From assembly GCA_918797485.1 (NCBI GenBank), contig CAKKNE010000004.1, positions 4,774,001-4,838,000 of the forward strand: 64,000 bases of DNA. The letters run 5' to 3'. This stretch comes from Pelagomonas calceolata. Lineage: Eukaryota. This document shows, piece after piece, positions 50,654-62,700 of this stretch. Every line of letters starts with the position of its first letter. The stretch's first letter is position 1. The position numbers and the translations under genes are program-made. The notes under the pieces are model-generated. The model worked only from the letters and a program-made list of their open reading frames with translations, had not been told where the DNA came from and made no database searches.

Positions 50654-50959
50654 ACGGACGTCCCTCGCGTCCGCGTCGATCGAGACCTCGTCGCCCGAAC
50701 CAGCGACGGCGCGGCCCGGTTCTCAGACGACCGGCCCGACGCAGAGCCGTCGCCGCAGTCGCTGCCGGCGAGCGGCGCTCCGCGTGCCGCCACGGACGTC
50801 CCTCGCGTCCGCGTCGATCGAGACCTCGTCGCCCGAACCAGCGACGGCGCGGCCCGGTTCTCAGACGACCGGCCCGACGCAGAGCCGTCGCCGCAGTCGC
50901 TGCCGGCGAGCGGCGCTCCGCGTGCCGCCACGGACGTCCCTCGCGTCCGCGTCGATCGA
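50654..50959. repeat. 138-bp tandem repeat, about 2.2 copies
   Basis: Identical units start at 50654, 50792 and 50930. Confidence 0.95.
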
Positions 50960-51103
50960 AGACCTCGTCGCTCGAGGCCCCGACGGCGGATTGACGGACC
51001 ACGAACCCCTGGCCCCTGCCCCTAGTCAGTAAATTCTAGTTAGTTTTTTTTAAAGGCGCGGCTAGCTATTTAGTGAAGCACCCAAGTGATCGCTTTCCCA
51101 AGC

Positions 51104-51689
51104 TTAGTAGTCATCATCGTCGGGCGGCGGCGAGTCCATGTCCACTGAACCAGGGGAGCGCTCATAATTGATTCTAATATTGATCAAATGGTGCCTCTTG
51201 GCTTCGAGAGTTTCGCAATGGCCCTTATAGTCGTCGCGGAGAGCCCTCAGCCTCTTTACATGACCTTTCAACACAGTACACCAGAGCCCACAGACCGCTT
51301 CGGGGGACGTCGCAACGCGGATGCTTTTTTCTAGGCTGCGGACCCGCCCCATACATAACCTGGAGTTGTTCGTCAAACTCAATCTCCCATTCGCCAAGGT
51401 CCGTGCCGCTTAAAGCTTCAGGATAAGACTCAATGATGCGACCCAGCGGCTCAGCATCCTCGTCGGCGCTGTCAAGGTCTGGCGCGGGCACGCCATCGAG
51501 TCCAGTCGCCTCCCACTCGCCGAGGAGCGCCTCGGACTCGCGTCGCGCTGGGTCTTCGCGCGGAGACAGCCCGCTTGGGGCTATGAAATCGATAACTAGT
51601 TGCACTACGAAATCCCTGGTCACCGGCTGCTGCTGCTGCACCTCCAGGTGGTGCTGCTGCTGCGCTGCTTCCGGTAGAGTGAGATTCAT
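51104..51689 (-). CDS. Hypothetical protein split into two overlapping ORFs (frameshift or unresolved intron)
   Basis: Acidic, Gln-rich ORF from 51689; a helical-looking C-terminal part in another frame ends at 51104. Confidence 0.35.
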
Positions 51690-51801
51690 AGCGCAGTGCC
51701 ACGCGCGTGTTCAGCGTGATTGATACTGCACGGGCAAGTGTGATCGATCACTAAGGGTCACAGCGCTTGTGACAGCGCTTGTGAGAGCTGTGCTGATTTA
51801 G

Positions 51802-51822
51802 CTAGCGGCTGTAAGACACTAG
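51802..51822 (+). promoter_or_regulatory. CTAG-bounded motif, type A (CTAGCGGCTGTAAGACACTAG)
   Basis: Lies in the divergent gap 51689(-)/51909(+). Confidence 0.6.
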
Positions 51823-51908
51823 CACACAGCGCAGCTTAGCTCTCAGAGAGCACCGCCGGCTTTACGCAGGCCACACATCGACCGCGTGGTTGTATGCGAC
51901 GCGGGAGC

Positions 51909-53497
51909 ATGCCTCAAGGGCTGCCCGCTAAGCCAGCGCCTCCAGGGGCAGCACAAGAAGCTCCTCTCTCTGAGGAAGACATCCTCCGCAACATCCGTGA
52001 GGCCATCCGCGACGCGGAGGCGAACCCCGGCGGCAGGAAACGGAGGGTGGCCGAAATATATGGAGAATGCCCGGGCTGCAAAGATATGAAATCTCTGAGG
52101 CGTTTACCCCCTAACTTTTGCCGCCAATGCCGTGGTAGCGCGTTGCAGCGCCCTGAACGGCGCGCACATCGACGACCCCGCCGCCCCTCGCAGGGAAGAA
52201 CGAGGACTACAGCACGTCCGAAGAAGGCCAAGCCGAGCGACGGCAGCAGAGGGAGAAGATAGGGCCGCACCAGCGCCGTCAGGCGCTGCTCGGAGTGAAA
52301 CGCCGCGAAGACGCGGACGCCGAGGAGCTGGAATTACGGGAGCGCTACGAGATGAAGCTTCTGCCGCCCTCCAAGGATCAACCCGATGTGGAGTTCGTCC
52401 ACCAGCAACGTCACTTGACTCGCTGGCATCGCGAAGCTTGCGAACAAGGCGAGCTGCCGAGGTGCGGCGTGCTCCAGTTCATGTGTGGCGGGGGCACGTT
52501 TGGCAGCCAGCTCAAGGGACGGCGGTGGCAGCACCTATGGGGTAATGACAACGCGCAAAAAAAATACGAGAGGACGACCAAGAGGAGAAAGAAGAAATTA
52601 GTTCATATATATGAAGAATCCTTCCTGCTTAATAACGACGACGCGGCCTACGTCCACGGCGATATGCTGAAGATGACCAGGGCCAAGTTCCGAAGCAAGC
52701 TCGACGAACACGAAGAGAGGACAAACTTAAAGTCGGGGCTCCTGCTGATCATCATTACGCTGTGCTGTTCCCGAGCGTCGCCCGCCAGCGAAACGGAACG
52801 AGAAGAAGCAGAGGAGTGGTACGAGGACGCTATACGAAAGTCAAAAGAATTCATATTAGAGGCGGAGAAGGACCACAAGGTCTTTGTAGTCCAGGAATTC
52901 CTGAACAAGGATTGGGTTTTGGACATCATCAAGAGGGAGCTGCCGGACGCGAGAATCGTGACGATCGGCGGCCACATCCACGAGGACCGGAAGAGAGCCT
53001 ACGTCTTCCAGCGGGCCGAGGGCGTTCCCGAGTTGTTCATGGAGGAGGTGCGGAACCGCATCGACGCCTACGGCCGGAAGTCGGTCGCCGAGGCGCTGGA
53101 AGATATTGGCGTCGCGGTACCGCCCTTCACGAGGGTGGCGCAGGGCTGCTGGACGAAGAAAGAGCGTCGGGATCAGAAGAAGGGCCGGGACCCGCGACGC
53201 GAGCGCGTTACGACGATTTGTAAAAACAACCTCGTGATGCAGTACTACAAATCTGCTAAAGCGACGCGGCCGTTCCGCGAAGAGCGCCTGGAACCCGAGG
53301 CGGTCCTGCACCTGCGCTCGCCCGGCGGCGACTACAAGTACGTGTTCCCCAAGTTCGAATTAATAACAAGGAAGCGGGCCATCCTCGGCATGGGCGTGTC
53401 GCTCATCATCGGCTCGGCCGTGCGCGCCGCCTTCGAGCGATACTTCGAGCCGGATCTGGAGCTTCGGGAGGGGGGGTCGGTGTCGGGGAGGAGCTAG
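51909..53497 (+). CDS. CxxC-CxxC Zn-finger plus degenerate C5-cytosine DNA methyltransferase-like protein; exons 51909-52134 and 52194-53497
   Basis: A GT-AG intron at 52135-52193 joins the ORFs in frame. Motif-like segments occur in canonical order: I 'VLQFMCGGG', II 'GNDN', III 'GDM', IV 'TLCCSRAS', VI 'FVVQEF', VIII 'EDRKRAY' and X 'LGMGVS'. Confidence 0.55.
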
Positions 53498-53712
53498 ATT
53501 GTGTGTAAATCCTCCAGCGCCCATTGTGCGCACACCCAGTTGCGAGGGAGACGCGGCGGCGGCGCCCAGGTATATCCAAAAACACACCGCTCTTACTAGG
53601 CGCAGTTCTCCCACAAGGGGGATTATGCATAAGTGCGGCGGGCGCCCAGTCATACATCTAAAACACACCGGCTCTTAGGCAGCAAATTCCCCCCCGAGGG
53701 GGTGCGGGGAGA

Positions 53713-56700
53713 TCATGCGTCGGTGTTCAGCGACAGGGCGACGCCCTGGAGCACCCACAGCGACGTGTGCTCGTCCGTGGCTAAATTGGCCTCGAAGACC
53801 AAACCGACGCCCATGGCGTTCCGCCGGTCCTGCGTCACGTAGACGGGCGTGACGAATACCCCATGCAACTTGACAGCACCACCCGAAGGGATCATCTCGA
53901 GGATGGGCAAGGGTACGACCAGGACCTTCGGCTCCTGGCGTTTCAGGCACATCCTTTCGGCGTCCCAGCCCGCGCCCTCGAGGTACAGGCCCTTGATGTA
54001 CGTGCCGTGCCTGCGTGGACGGCGACGGGTGAATGTCGCGTCGATGGCGTGCGACGGAGCCGCTCGTCACTCTCCACGTAGCCACGTCGATGGCGTATTA
54101 CGACATTTCTGACGCGGGCGGCGCACTCGAGCTTTGCGGGGGGCATGGCGCTTTCAGTGTATTCAGTAACCTTCGTCGACGACGTCGCCTTGTCCAGGGG
54201 CCAGTTCAGGGCCCTACAAGTAGTCTGCACCAACGCCGTCAGATACCTGTGTGGAAATCATCCAGTGAGTTACGTTTCGTGAGCCTCCAAGCCATCGAGC
54301 CGACGCGGTCACGGGGACGACGTCGCGTCGATGGCGTGGAATCGCCACGCCATCGCGCAGACGCAGTCATTTGAACGACGCCGCGGCGATGGCGTGTCTC
54401 CGCGTGATCGAGGTGTCAAGTGAAGAATCAACGAAAATCCCCGGGACGCCGCGACGCACGACTCAGGTATATGTAGACCGCTCAGCCAGATCACCTTCGG
54501 CTCGCCGTGGGCGATCCACAGGTCGTACTGCGTGTACCGCTCCAAAAAGTGGGACATCCAACTTCCTAAAGGTTTTTGGGTATTGGGCATGAGCCGCTTC
54601 CACATCTGGGGGATGAACCCGTTGAATAGACTGCCACCGAGTGCGTCCAAGTCGTCGGACATGCCTATTTCTCCTCGAAACGCCCGCTGTAAGTCCGCCA
54701 ACGTCACGGCCATTTTAATAACTAACAAATTCCAGCGCTCGAGCTCTTGTAGTAATACCACCTGAGCTGGTGTAGGTGTATTAACACCATTGCGCTCAAA
54801 GAGCTTCGACCTAACGACCATCAAGTCGTACGACCCGATATCTAACGATTCGATGGGCACCTTGCCTTCAATATCTTTCGCGGTTCCGGCAATGATGTCG
54901 TCCCTCGACAAGCCACCGCCGCTATCGACACTTCGAGGCTGTAGAGAAATCAAATTGACCCACATGTTTTTGGTGGCGTTGCTATAGAAGCCGATCTCCG
55001 CGTTGGGATGCAATCCAAAAACCGCGGGAGAGTTCGTCAGAGGCAGCTTTTCGATGTGTCGTTGGTAGTTCTCGAGGGGCCCGGGCTCGGGCAGATCGTA
55101 GGCAAAGCCCGCTTGCGAGAAGTAGAACTTCTGGCACGTGTCGAAGAGGAAGTCGCCCATGTATTCCGACAGGTACGTCACGAGCACGCGCCGGTCCATG
55201 TTGTCCGAGACCCTTCCGCCGTACATCGCGTCGCCGATCAGGTACTTCAGCGAACCCCAGGGCAGAAATTCATCATCATCTTCATATGATTTCGTCAGGT
55301 AGAGACTAACAAGTTTCCTGGAAATCACGAAGTCGCTCTCGTTGAAGTCGTAGGCGACGTTCCAGCCTGCGTGGCGCGGACGGCGTCGCGAAACTACTCT
55401 CGAGAGTCGACGGCGGCGACGCATCACGTCGACGCCATCGCGGCGACCGCGTCGGTGCGAGCAACCTCACGCCATCTTCATGAAAGCGCTCTCTCTGACG
55501 CGCCGCGACGGCCCCGACGCGGTCCGAACGGCCTCAAACTCGAAAAAGAGACCACCCACGACCTCCTCTCCTCGAGACGACGCGCGTCGATGGCGTGAAG
55601 GCCCCGCAACGCCTCAAAACGCGGAGATACGCACCGATCTTCCCGTACTTGCGACGTTCCTGCACGACCGCATGTAGAAAAGCCAACGTAAATAAACACG
55701 CTCGAAAGGCATCATGCGGGCAGGCATCCAAGACACTCTGGTCGATCTTCGCAAAAGTAGCTCTCATGTTCAACTTCAGCCCGTCGGGGGGCTCGGTCAC
55801 GACCTTGAGACTTTTCTGCAAAATGCCCATGGGGAAGCGCTCGGTGGGCTCCGTCGTCATCCAGAGCCGGAAGTCCTTGTGCCTGCGTATGTACGTTGTG
55901 AGTCGCGGCGATGGCGTACGGAGTGTGGACGCACGTGCGGCCGCGGCGGCGGCGTCGCGGCGGCGTGGCAGCGCATCGGTGGCGTCACGGAGACGCCATC
56001 GACGCGTCACAGCTCTCTCACGAGACGCGTGGACTCTCATGTGGCCGCGTCGACGCCATCGCGGCGGTTCGGTCCGAATGGCCCCAAAATCGAAAAAGAG
56101 ACCACCCAGCGCCTCCTCTCCTCGAGACGAGTCGCGGCGACGGCGTGAAACGGGACGCGGAGCTACGCACGGCGCCTTCATCAGCTCCATTTTCTTTTCC
56201 AACATCTTCAGCCAGCTTACCAGTAAGTGGCAGTTCTGGAGCAACACCCAGTGGCCACTCTTCGTGCCCTGATCAATTAAATGCTCGGCCTTCGGGCCCT
56301 GGCCCTGGCCGAGCGCGATGAATCGAAACTTCGACATCATGCCCCTCTCCTCACATAAAAGTTGTATATCTCCCTGCGGGTCCGCGCCCGGCGACAGGAT
56401 GAAGACCATCGGGGACCTCTCTGTACTTTGCGCAAAAATACGGCCGTAATCCAAGACCGGAGGCTGCACGTATTTTTCACCAATAGCGCCCATGACATAG
56501 GTCTTCACGGCGTTGTAGACCCGATCGGGCCTAAAACACCTCATCACACAAAGCCTTTGTAAGGGCGTCAATTTCTCCGAATGACCATCTGGGAGTGGTA
56601 CAGTTTCCGGAGCCTCCAGGTCGTACCAGGCCTTCCAATTGTCTTTGTTCTTCTCGAAGTCCTTTCGTAGTTGGTCAAATCCATCATTCATGTCACACAA

Positions 56701-59700
56701 CGCTAATAAATCCTTCCAGCCGGACGCGCCGAGCCAACTGACCGGAGAGTCGCGCGGCGGCGCGTCCAAGCCCGTGTCGCCCTTGAGGAACGCGTCGAGT
56801 TCGCCCCGGTTCAACTCGCCGTTGCCGTCCTGGACCTGCGCGGAGCATCTCCCGTCGAAGGCGAGTCGCGTCGATGGCGTAGGAGCCCTACGCCATCGCC
56901 GCGACCCGTGAACTCGCATCGAGGCGACCGCGTCATCCGAAACTTCTCAGATTCGACAAAGCGACCACCCCCGGCATCGTGCGATGGACACGAGTCCCAG
57001 CAACAAAGTGAAGGCGCCTCCACACCTCAAAACGCGGCGAGCGGACCTGGCACGTCATCTGGAAGGCGAACATCAATTTATGTCTCTCAAAAATACCCGT
57101 ACAGGTATAATCATATACATCTCTCATTACCGACTCGCTCATGTTCCGTAGGCGATTGTCGAGGACCACATCTTTTTTGGCATGGTCCAGCGCCTTGTTG
57201 AAGACTCCTAAGAATGAGTCTAAAGAGGTCTCATACATGGAAGAAATAGTAGAGAGACTCGCCATCACGAAATAGAGAATGCTACCCCTCTTCGCCACAG
57301 GTGTATAACCTAATCTAGCTTTGGAAATCTCGGCCTTCGTAAATTCCGCTTGTTCCACCTTCGCTTTGATGGCCGTAGAAGTTTCTTTCGTCTGATTGAG
57401 CGTCTCGATCAAGTCGCTATTGTCGAGGATGTTCCCCTCGGACGCCGACAGCTCGTGCAATAACGTATCCTCGAGCTTGACGATCATCAACGCGTTCGCG
57501 CTCATGTCGGCGACCAATTCACTGAATTGCTCCTCCAAATCCGGGCGCTCGTGGCCCACGACGACATTCAAGAGCTGGTTCGCGAGGCCGTCCTGCGCGG
57601 AACGACACGCGGTCCGAACGGCCCCAAACTCGAAAAGAAGACCACCCACGTCCCTCATTCCTGGAGACGAGTCGAAGGCACCGTTCAAAACGCGGAGCTA
57701 CGCACCTGCGTCACGCTGTAGTTGATGAGCATCGTCTTGGCCATCACCTCCGGGCTGTAGTGGGGGTTGCCGAGTTTGGTAGTGAAGAACAATCTAAATG
57801 AATCGTCCCACGCGACGGACTTGTCTCCCAGTTTTATTAATTTTTGACCACTTTCAACATACGTGTTCTTCTCGAGGACCTGCGCGGCGCGTCGTATTCA
57901 CTGGAAACGGTCCGTAGACTCTCGTGGGATCACGGCGACGGTTTCATGAAGGCGCGGTCTCGTGACGACGCCATCGACGCGACCGCGCCGCGACGGCCCC
58001 GACGCGGTCCGAACGGCCTCTTCAGCAAAAGAGAAACGACCCACAACAAAGGACGCCGCGCGCGCACCGGGTCGAGCATCGGATCCAACTCCTCGTCCAC
58101 GTTCTCGAAGAGGAACGGCGCCCCGAACTGGATCGCTAATTCGAGATGCTTCATGAAGTCCGACTCGGATAAAGATTTGATCTTGAGCTGGTCCTTGCCG
58201 TACATGTTCTTGATCCACGAGACCGCTTGTTGTTGGGGGTCGATGCACAACGGGAAGCGACTGGCGGCCGTCGTGAGGATGCCGTTCTGCACGGAGTGCT
58301 CGTCGGCGGGCAGGCCCTTGGCCGTCCAGTCCTGGATGACGGCGTCGCTGCTCAGGAAGCTCTCGAGGTTGAACGCGGCCGTCACGGGGATGTTCAGGGA
58401 CGCGACCTGCGCGGCGCGACGCCGTCACGAGACTCTCTCGCGGCCACGTCGACGGCGTCGAGGCGACCACGTCATGCGCAGAGCATCGCGGTCGCTCGAC
58501 GCGGTCCGAACGGCCTCGAAATCCAAAAAGAAACCACCCACGACCTCGTCTGATAAACACGAGTCGCGTCGATGGCGTAAGGACGCCGAGATCGCACCTT
58601 CTTCGCAAATGTATCATAAATCATCCCCGCCCGAAAGTCCGACGTGAACGCTCCAGCGTACGACAAGAACGAGGCCGCCAGTAAACAGTCGCCCACGAGC
58701 TGCACTTTACTATTATTCAAATCCCCTATATCAGAAGTCCACCTTGTACGTTCCCCGGTGAGTCCCGTGATGAGCTTCGACGCCGCCGCCAATCGTTTCT
58801 CCATGAGCGCCGCCTGCGTCTGCAGACCCGTGAGCTCCTCGTTCTTCTCCTTGAAGTTCGTGTCGAGCTCGCCCAGCTCCTTGCTCAACACGCCGAGCTG
58901 GTCGTTCAAATCAGCTAATAGTTTAGTCGTCTTCGCCTGCTGCTTCTCCATGTCGCGCACCTTCGCTTTCAAGGGCTCGACGTTCTTGGCCACGTCGAAG
59001 TACTTGGAGATGGCGGTGACCCAGACGAGGAGGCCCGTGCCTGCGCGACGACGCGTCGATGCGGCGTGCAGGCGGGGTCGGAGTGCTCTCGACGCCATCG
59101 ACGCGACGGCTCCACCGCGACGCCATCGTGTCACGATCGGAGTTGCGCGGAGGCATCGCGGTCTCGGTCCGAATGGCCGATGCGAGCGCGACGTCGCCTC
59201 GATGGCGTGCCGTCCACGTCCACGCCATCGACGCGACGCCTCGACGTCGTCACGCGGCATTCCGTGGCCGTCAGAGGGTGTACTCGTCTCGTGCGAGCCT
59301 CGGGACCGCGGAACGCCTCGAAACGGCTCAAACTCGAAAAAGAAACCACCCACGACCTCGTCTGGTGGCCACGAGTAAGACGCCGACACCATACCCGCTT
59401 TACTGACGCTCTTCATGTTCTCGACGGTCATCTTCGGATTTTTGAAGTACTTGCGCACGCTCTTCATCATCTTCTCCGTGATGCTATCTTTGGGGTATCT
59501 TTTGAGTTTATCTAGTAAAGACGTATCCGCGAGCATCTTCTTCGCGTCGGCCCACGTCTCGTCCAATTTGACACCTGTGGGTCGGAGGCACACCACCATC
59601 AAGCACGCGTCCTGCACCAATGCTGGTGGTTTTGCAAAATTTTTAACCTCGGTGATGTCCTCCTTGTGGAGGTTCGCGAGGGCGGACTCGGCCATTTCGA

Positions 59701-62700
59701 GCGCGGGAATCGCCTCCTCTAAAGCGGCATCCGCTTTACCTTTCTCCCTTGCTATGACGACGGACTGCTCGCTCGCAGTAACTTGCATGACCTCGGCCTC
59801 GTCCTTTTGCCTGCGCGGAGCATCGCGGTCGCTCGACGCGGTCCGTAGACGCTCGTGCGGTCGCGGCGACGGCGTCGCGGTGGCGTGACGTCGCGCTGAC
59901 GCCATCGCGGCGGCGCGGTCTCGAAGACGCCATCTTCATGAAAGCTGTCTCTCCGACGCGCCGCGACAGCCCCGACGCGGTCCGAACGGCCTCAAACTCG
60001 AAAAATAAACTACCCACGACCTCGTCTGATGGACACGAGTCGTATGAATGAAGTGAAACCACCACAACGCGACGGGACGCCGCGAGCGCGCTTGTTCGCA
60101 ATTGTTGTTTTTTCCGTGATCTGCTCGATTAAGGCTTCGACCTCGACCGTTTTGGCCGATACGACGACCTGGGCGTCCTTGAGCTCGATGGACATCCTAT
60201 CGACGTCCCTCGCGGCGTCTACTAATTTGCTGAGACCGCCGGCCAGTCGTTTCACGCTATTCCCGACCTGCGCGGAGCATCGGTGTCTCGGTACGCCGTC
60301 GACGCGACGTGAACGCATGTCTCGGGCTCATACGCCATCGCCGCGACCCGTGAAGATTGCTCTCGCTCTCTCTCGGGAGTGCTCGCGTCGAGGCGACCGC
60401 GCGTCCTCCTCGAGACGAGTCGCGTCGACGGCGTGAAGGCCCCGCACCACCTCAAAACGCCGAGATACGCACCTTCTTCTCATTATTCAAAAGTTGCGTG
60501 TGGTAGTTCTGGATGTAGTCCAGATAATTTTTTGGAGTGACGTAGTAGTACCTCCGCAGCGTCTCCGCGAAGCGCGCCGCCTCCGCGACGACGTGAGTGT
60601 GAGAAAACACGAGATGCTGCACGATGTTCGCGCGATGCTGATCCGGCAGGTCCACCTCCGCCAAAAAAAACTCCGCGACCTTCGAGAGCGCGTCTTCCGG
60701 CCACGGGAAGAACCAATCAATGACACAATTCGAAATGAGGCCCGGGAAGCTTCTACAGCGTAGTCGCAGTTTGTCGCCCGACGGCGACATGGCTAATACT
60801 AAATGCAGATTATTTCTACATTTGTTCACATAAAATTTCCAGAGGTTCGCACTGGTATCGACGACGCCCGCGGCCTTGCACTGCTTTCGCACGGAGTTCG
60901 CGAGGCCTGCGCGCGGGGACTCTCATGTGATCACGACGACGGCGTCGCGGTGGCGTGGCGTCGCGTTGACGCCATCGCCGCGACCGCGCTCTCTCCGACG
61001 CGGTCCGAACGGCCTCAAAATAAAAAACAAAACCACCCAGGGCATCGTGCGATGGACACGAGTCAAAGGACGCCGCAACCCCGCCGTCCATCTCGTCCTG
61101 CTCGTAGAGCGCCGGGACCATGCCGGTGGTCAGCATGTTGTTCAGGAACTCCAGGAAACCCTCGAGGGCCACGTGGGCGTCCGTGAACAGGAACACCACT
61201 TCTTTCGTGCCCAAGAGTTTATATAACGTCTTTAAATCCTCTCTAAATTCAATTTCGCCGTAGCCCCGCATCAACTGGATAGAAAAGATATCATATCCGG
61301 CGCAATAAGTAGCTAGTCTCGTCAGGGACTGTTTACCGCTGCCACCGACACCGACCAACAAAGCGTTACCCCTCGGTAAGCGGATGATGCGATGCACTCG
61401 CGTGAGATGCGACAGGGCCATCTCAAATAAAACTAACGCCTGGGGAGTTCTGTTGAGATTGTAGTCCTCTAAAACAGCATCCATGATCTTCCTGGTGGAA
61501 GAAAAGTCGCCCATGTCCTTATACAAGCGCGCATCTTCCGCGTCCTCCGTTAAACGAGCAACAGCCCTCTCAAAATCGCCAAAAATAATCGGATCGACCA
61601 GGGCGTCGTCGCGGCACTCGGACCACTGCGAACCGATGATCTCGGCCAGTTTGCCCTCGACGGTCCCCAAATCTTCGTCTGACACTAATCTATCACAAAA
61701 AATCCTTTGCACCTCGTTCCGGAACAACCGCACGAGCTGCTCCGACCGCTCGAACACCTCGGGCGTCGCGAGACAGACGCCCTCCGTGACCCGCGATAAA
61801 TCCCTTAAATTGAAGATGTAGTGGAACTTCGCGGGCGTCGGCGGGAGGCCTGTGTGCAAAGTTCAAGGTGGGCTTCAACTCTCTTGTGATGACAGCGAGA
61901 CCGCTCTCACGCGGCGCGAAGCGAGGATCGCGTCGATGCGAAGATAAGCTGACTACACCGCATCGAACTCTCCAAAATGTACGAAAACAATTCCAACATG
62001 GCGTCGGGGAATTTTGAGGCCGCGTCTTTCACGGAGGGACCGAAGTCGCGCAGCCGCTCGTTGATGATCGACGAATACATGTGTTTTAACACTTCGGACG
62101 TAGGGTCGGGCAGATTAAAAACACTAAATAAAGCCACAAATCTAGGGTCGACATTATTTCTCCCACCTCCGGGCGGGCCCATGGCGCCGATGTACGTCAT
62201 GTCTCTAAGTACTTTTTGCGTGAGGTCCTTTTCGCGGTCGTAGATGAAGCCCCGCGAGATAAGAGTGAGTAACAGTGTTATCGGTTGCTGCGTGCCGTAG
62301 GTGTCGACCTGCGCGGAGCATCGCGGAGTCTCGACTCGGTCCGAATTCACTCAAAATCAAAAAAGAAGCTACCCACGACCTCGTCTGATGGACACGAGTC
62401 GCGTCGATGGCGTGAAGGCACCGCGGCACCGCGGGACGCCGAGATCGCACCTTGGGCATGTTCATATCATCGATAAAGACGACCAAATTCGTTCCTAATG
62501 GAGGCCCGTAGATGTTGCCTGCGCGGGGCATCGTGTGTTGCGGCGTCTGAGATCTTCGTGCGCGTCGCGTCGACGGCGTCGGGGGGAGAGCAGGCCGTGG
62601 GTGGTCTTTTCGTCGATTTTGAGCCGTCTCGGACCGCGTCGGGGCCGTCGCGTCTCGACGCGGTCCGAAACAGCTCAAAATCCAAAAAGAAACGATCCAC

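Noticed and set aside
50654..50959. 138-bp repeat as a CRISPR array
   Set aside because: The units are contiguous with no unique spacers.
1699..51822. CTAG motif as a CRISPR repeat or integron attC site
   Set aside because: Copies are kilobases apart, occur in both orientations, also precede housekeeping genes, and no cas or integrase gene is present.
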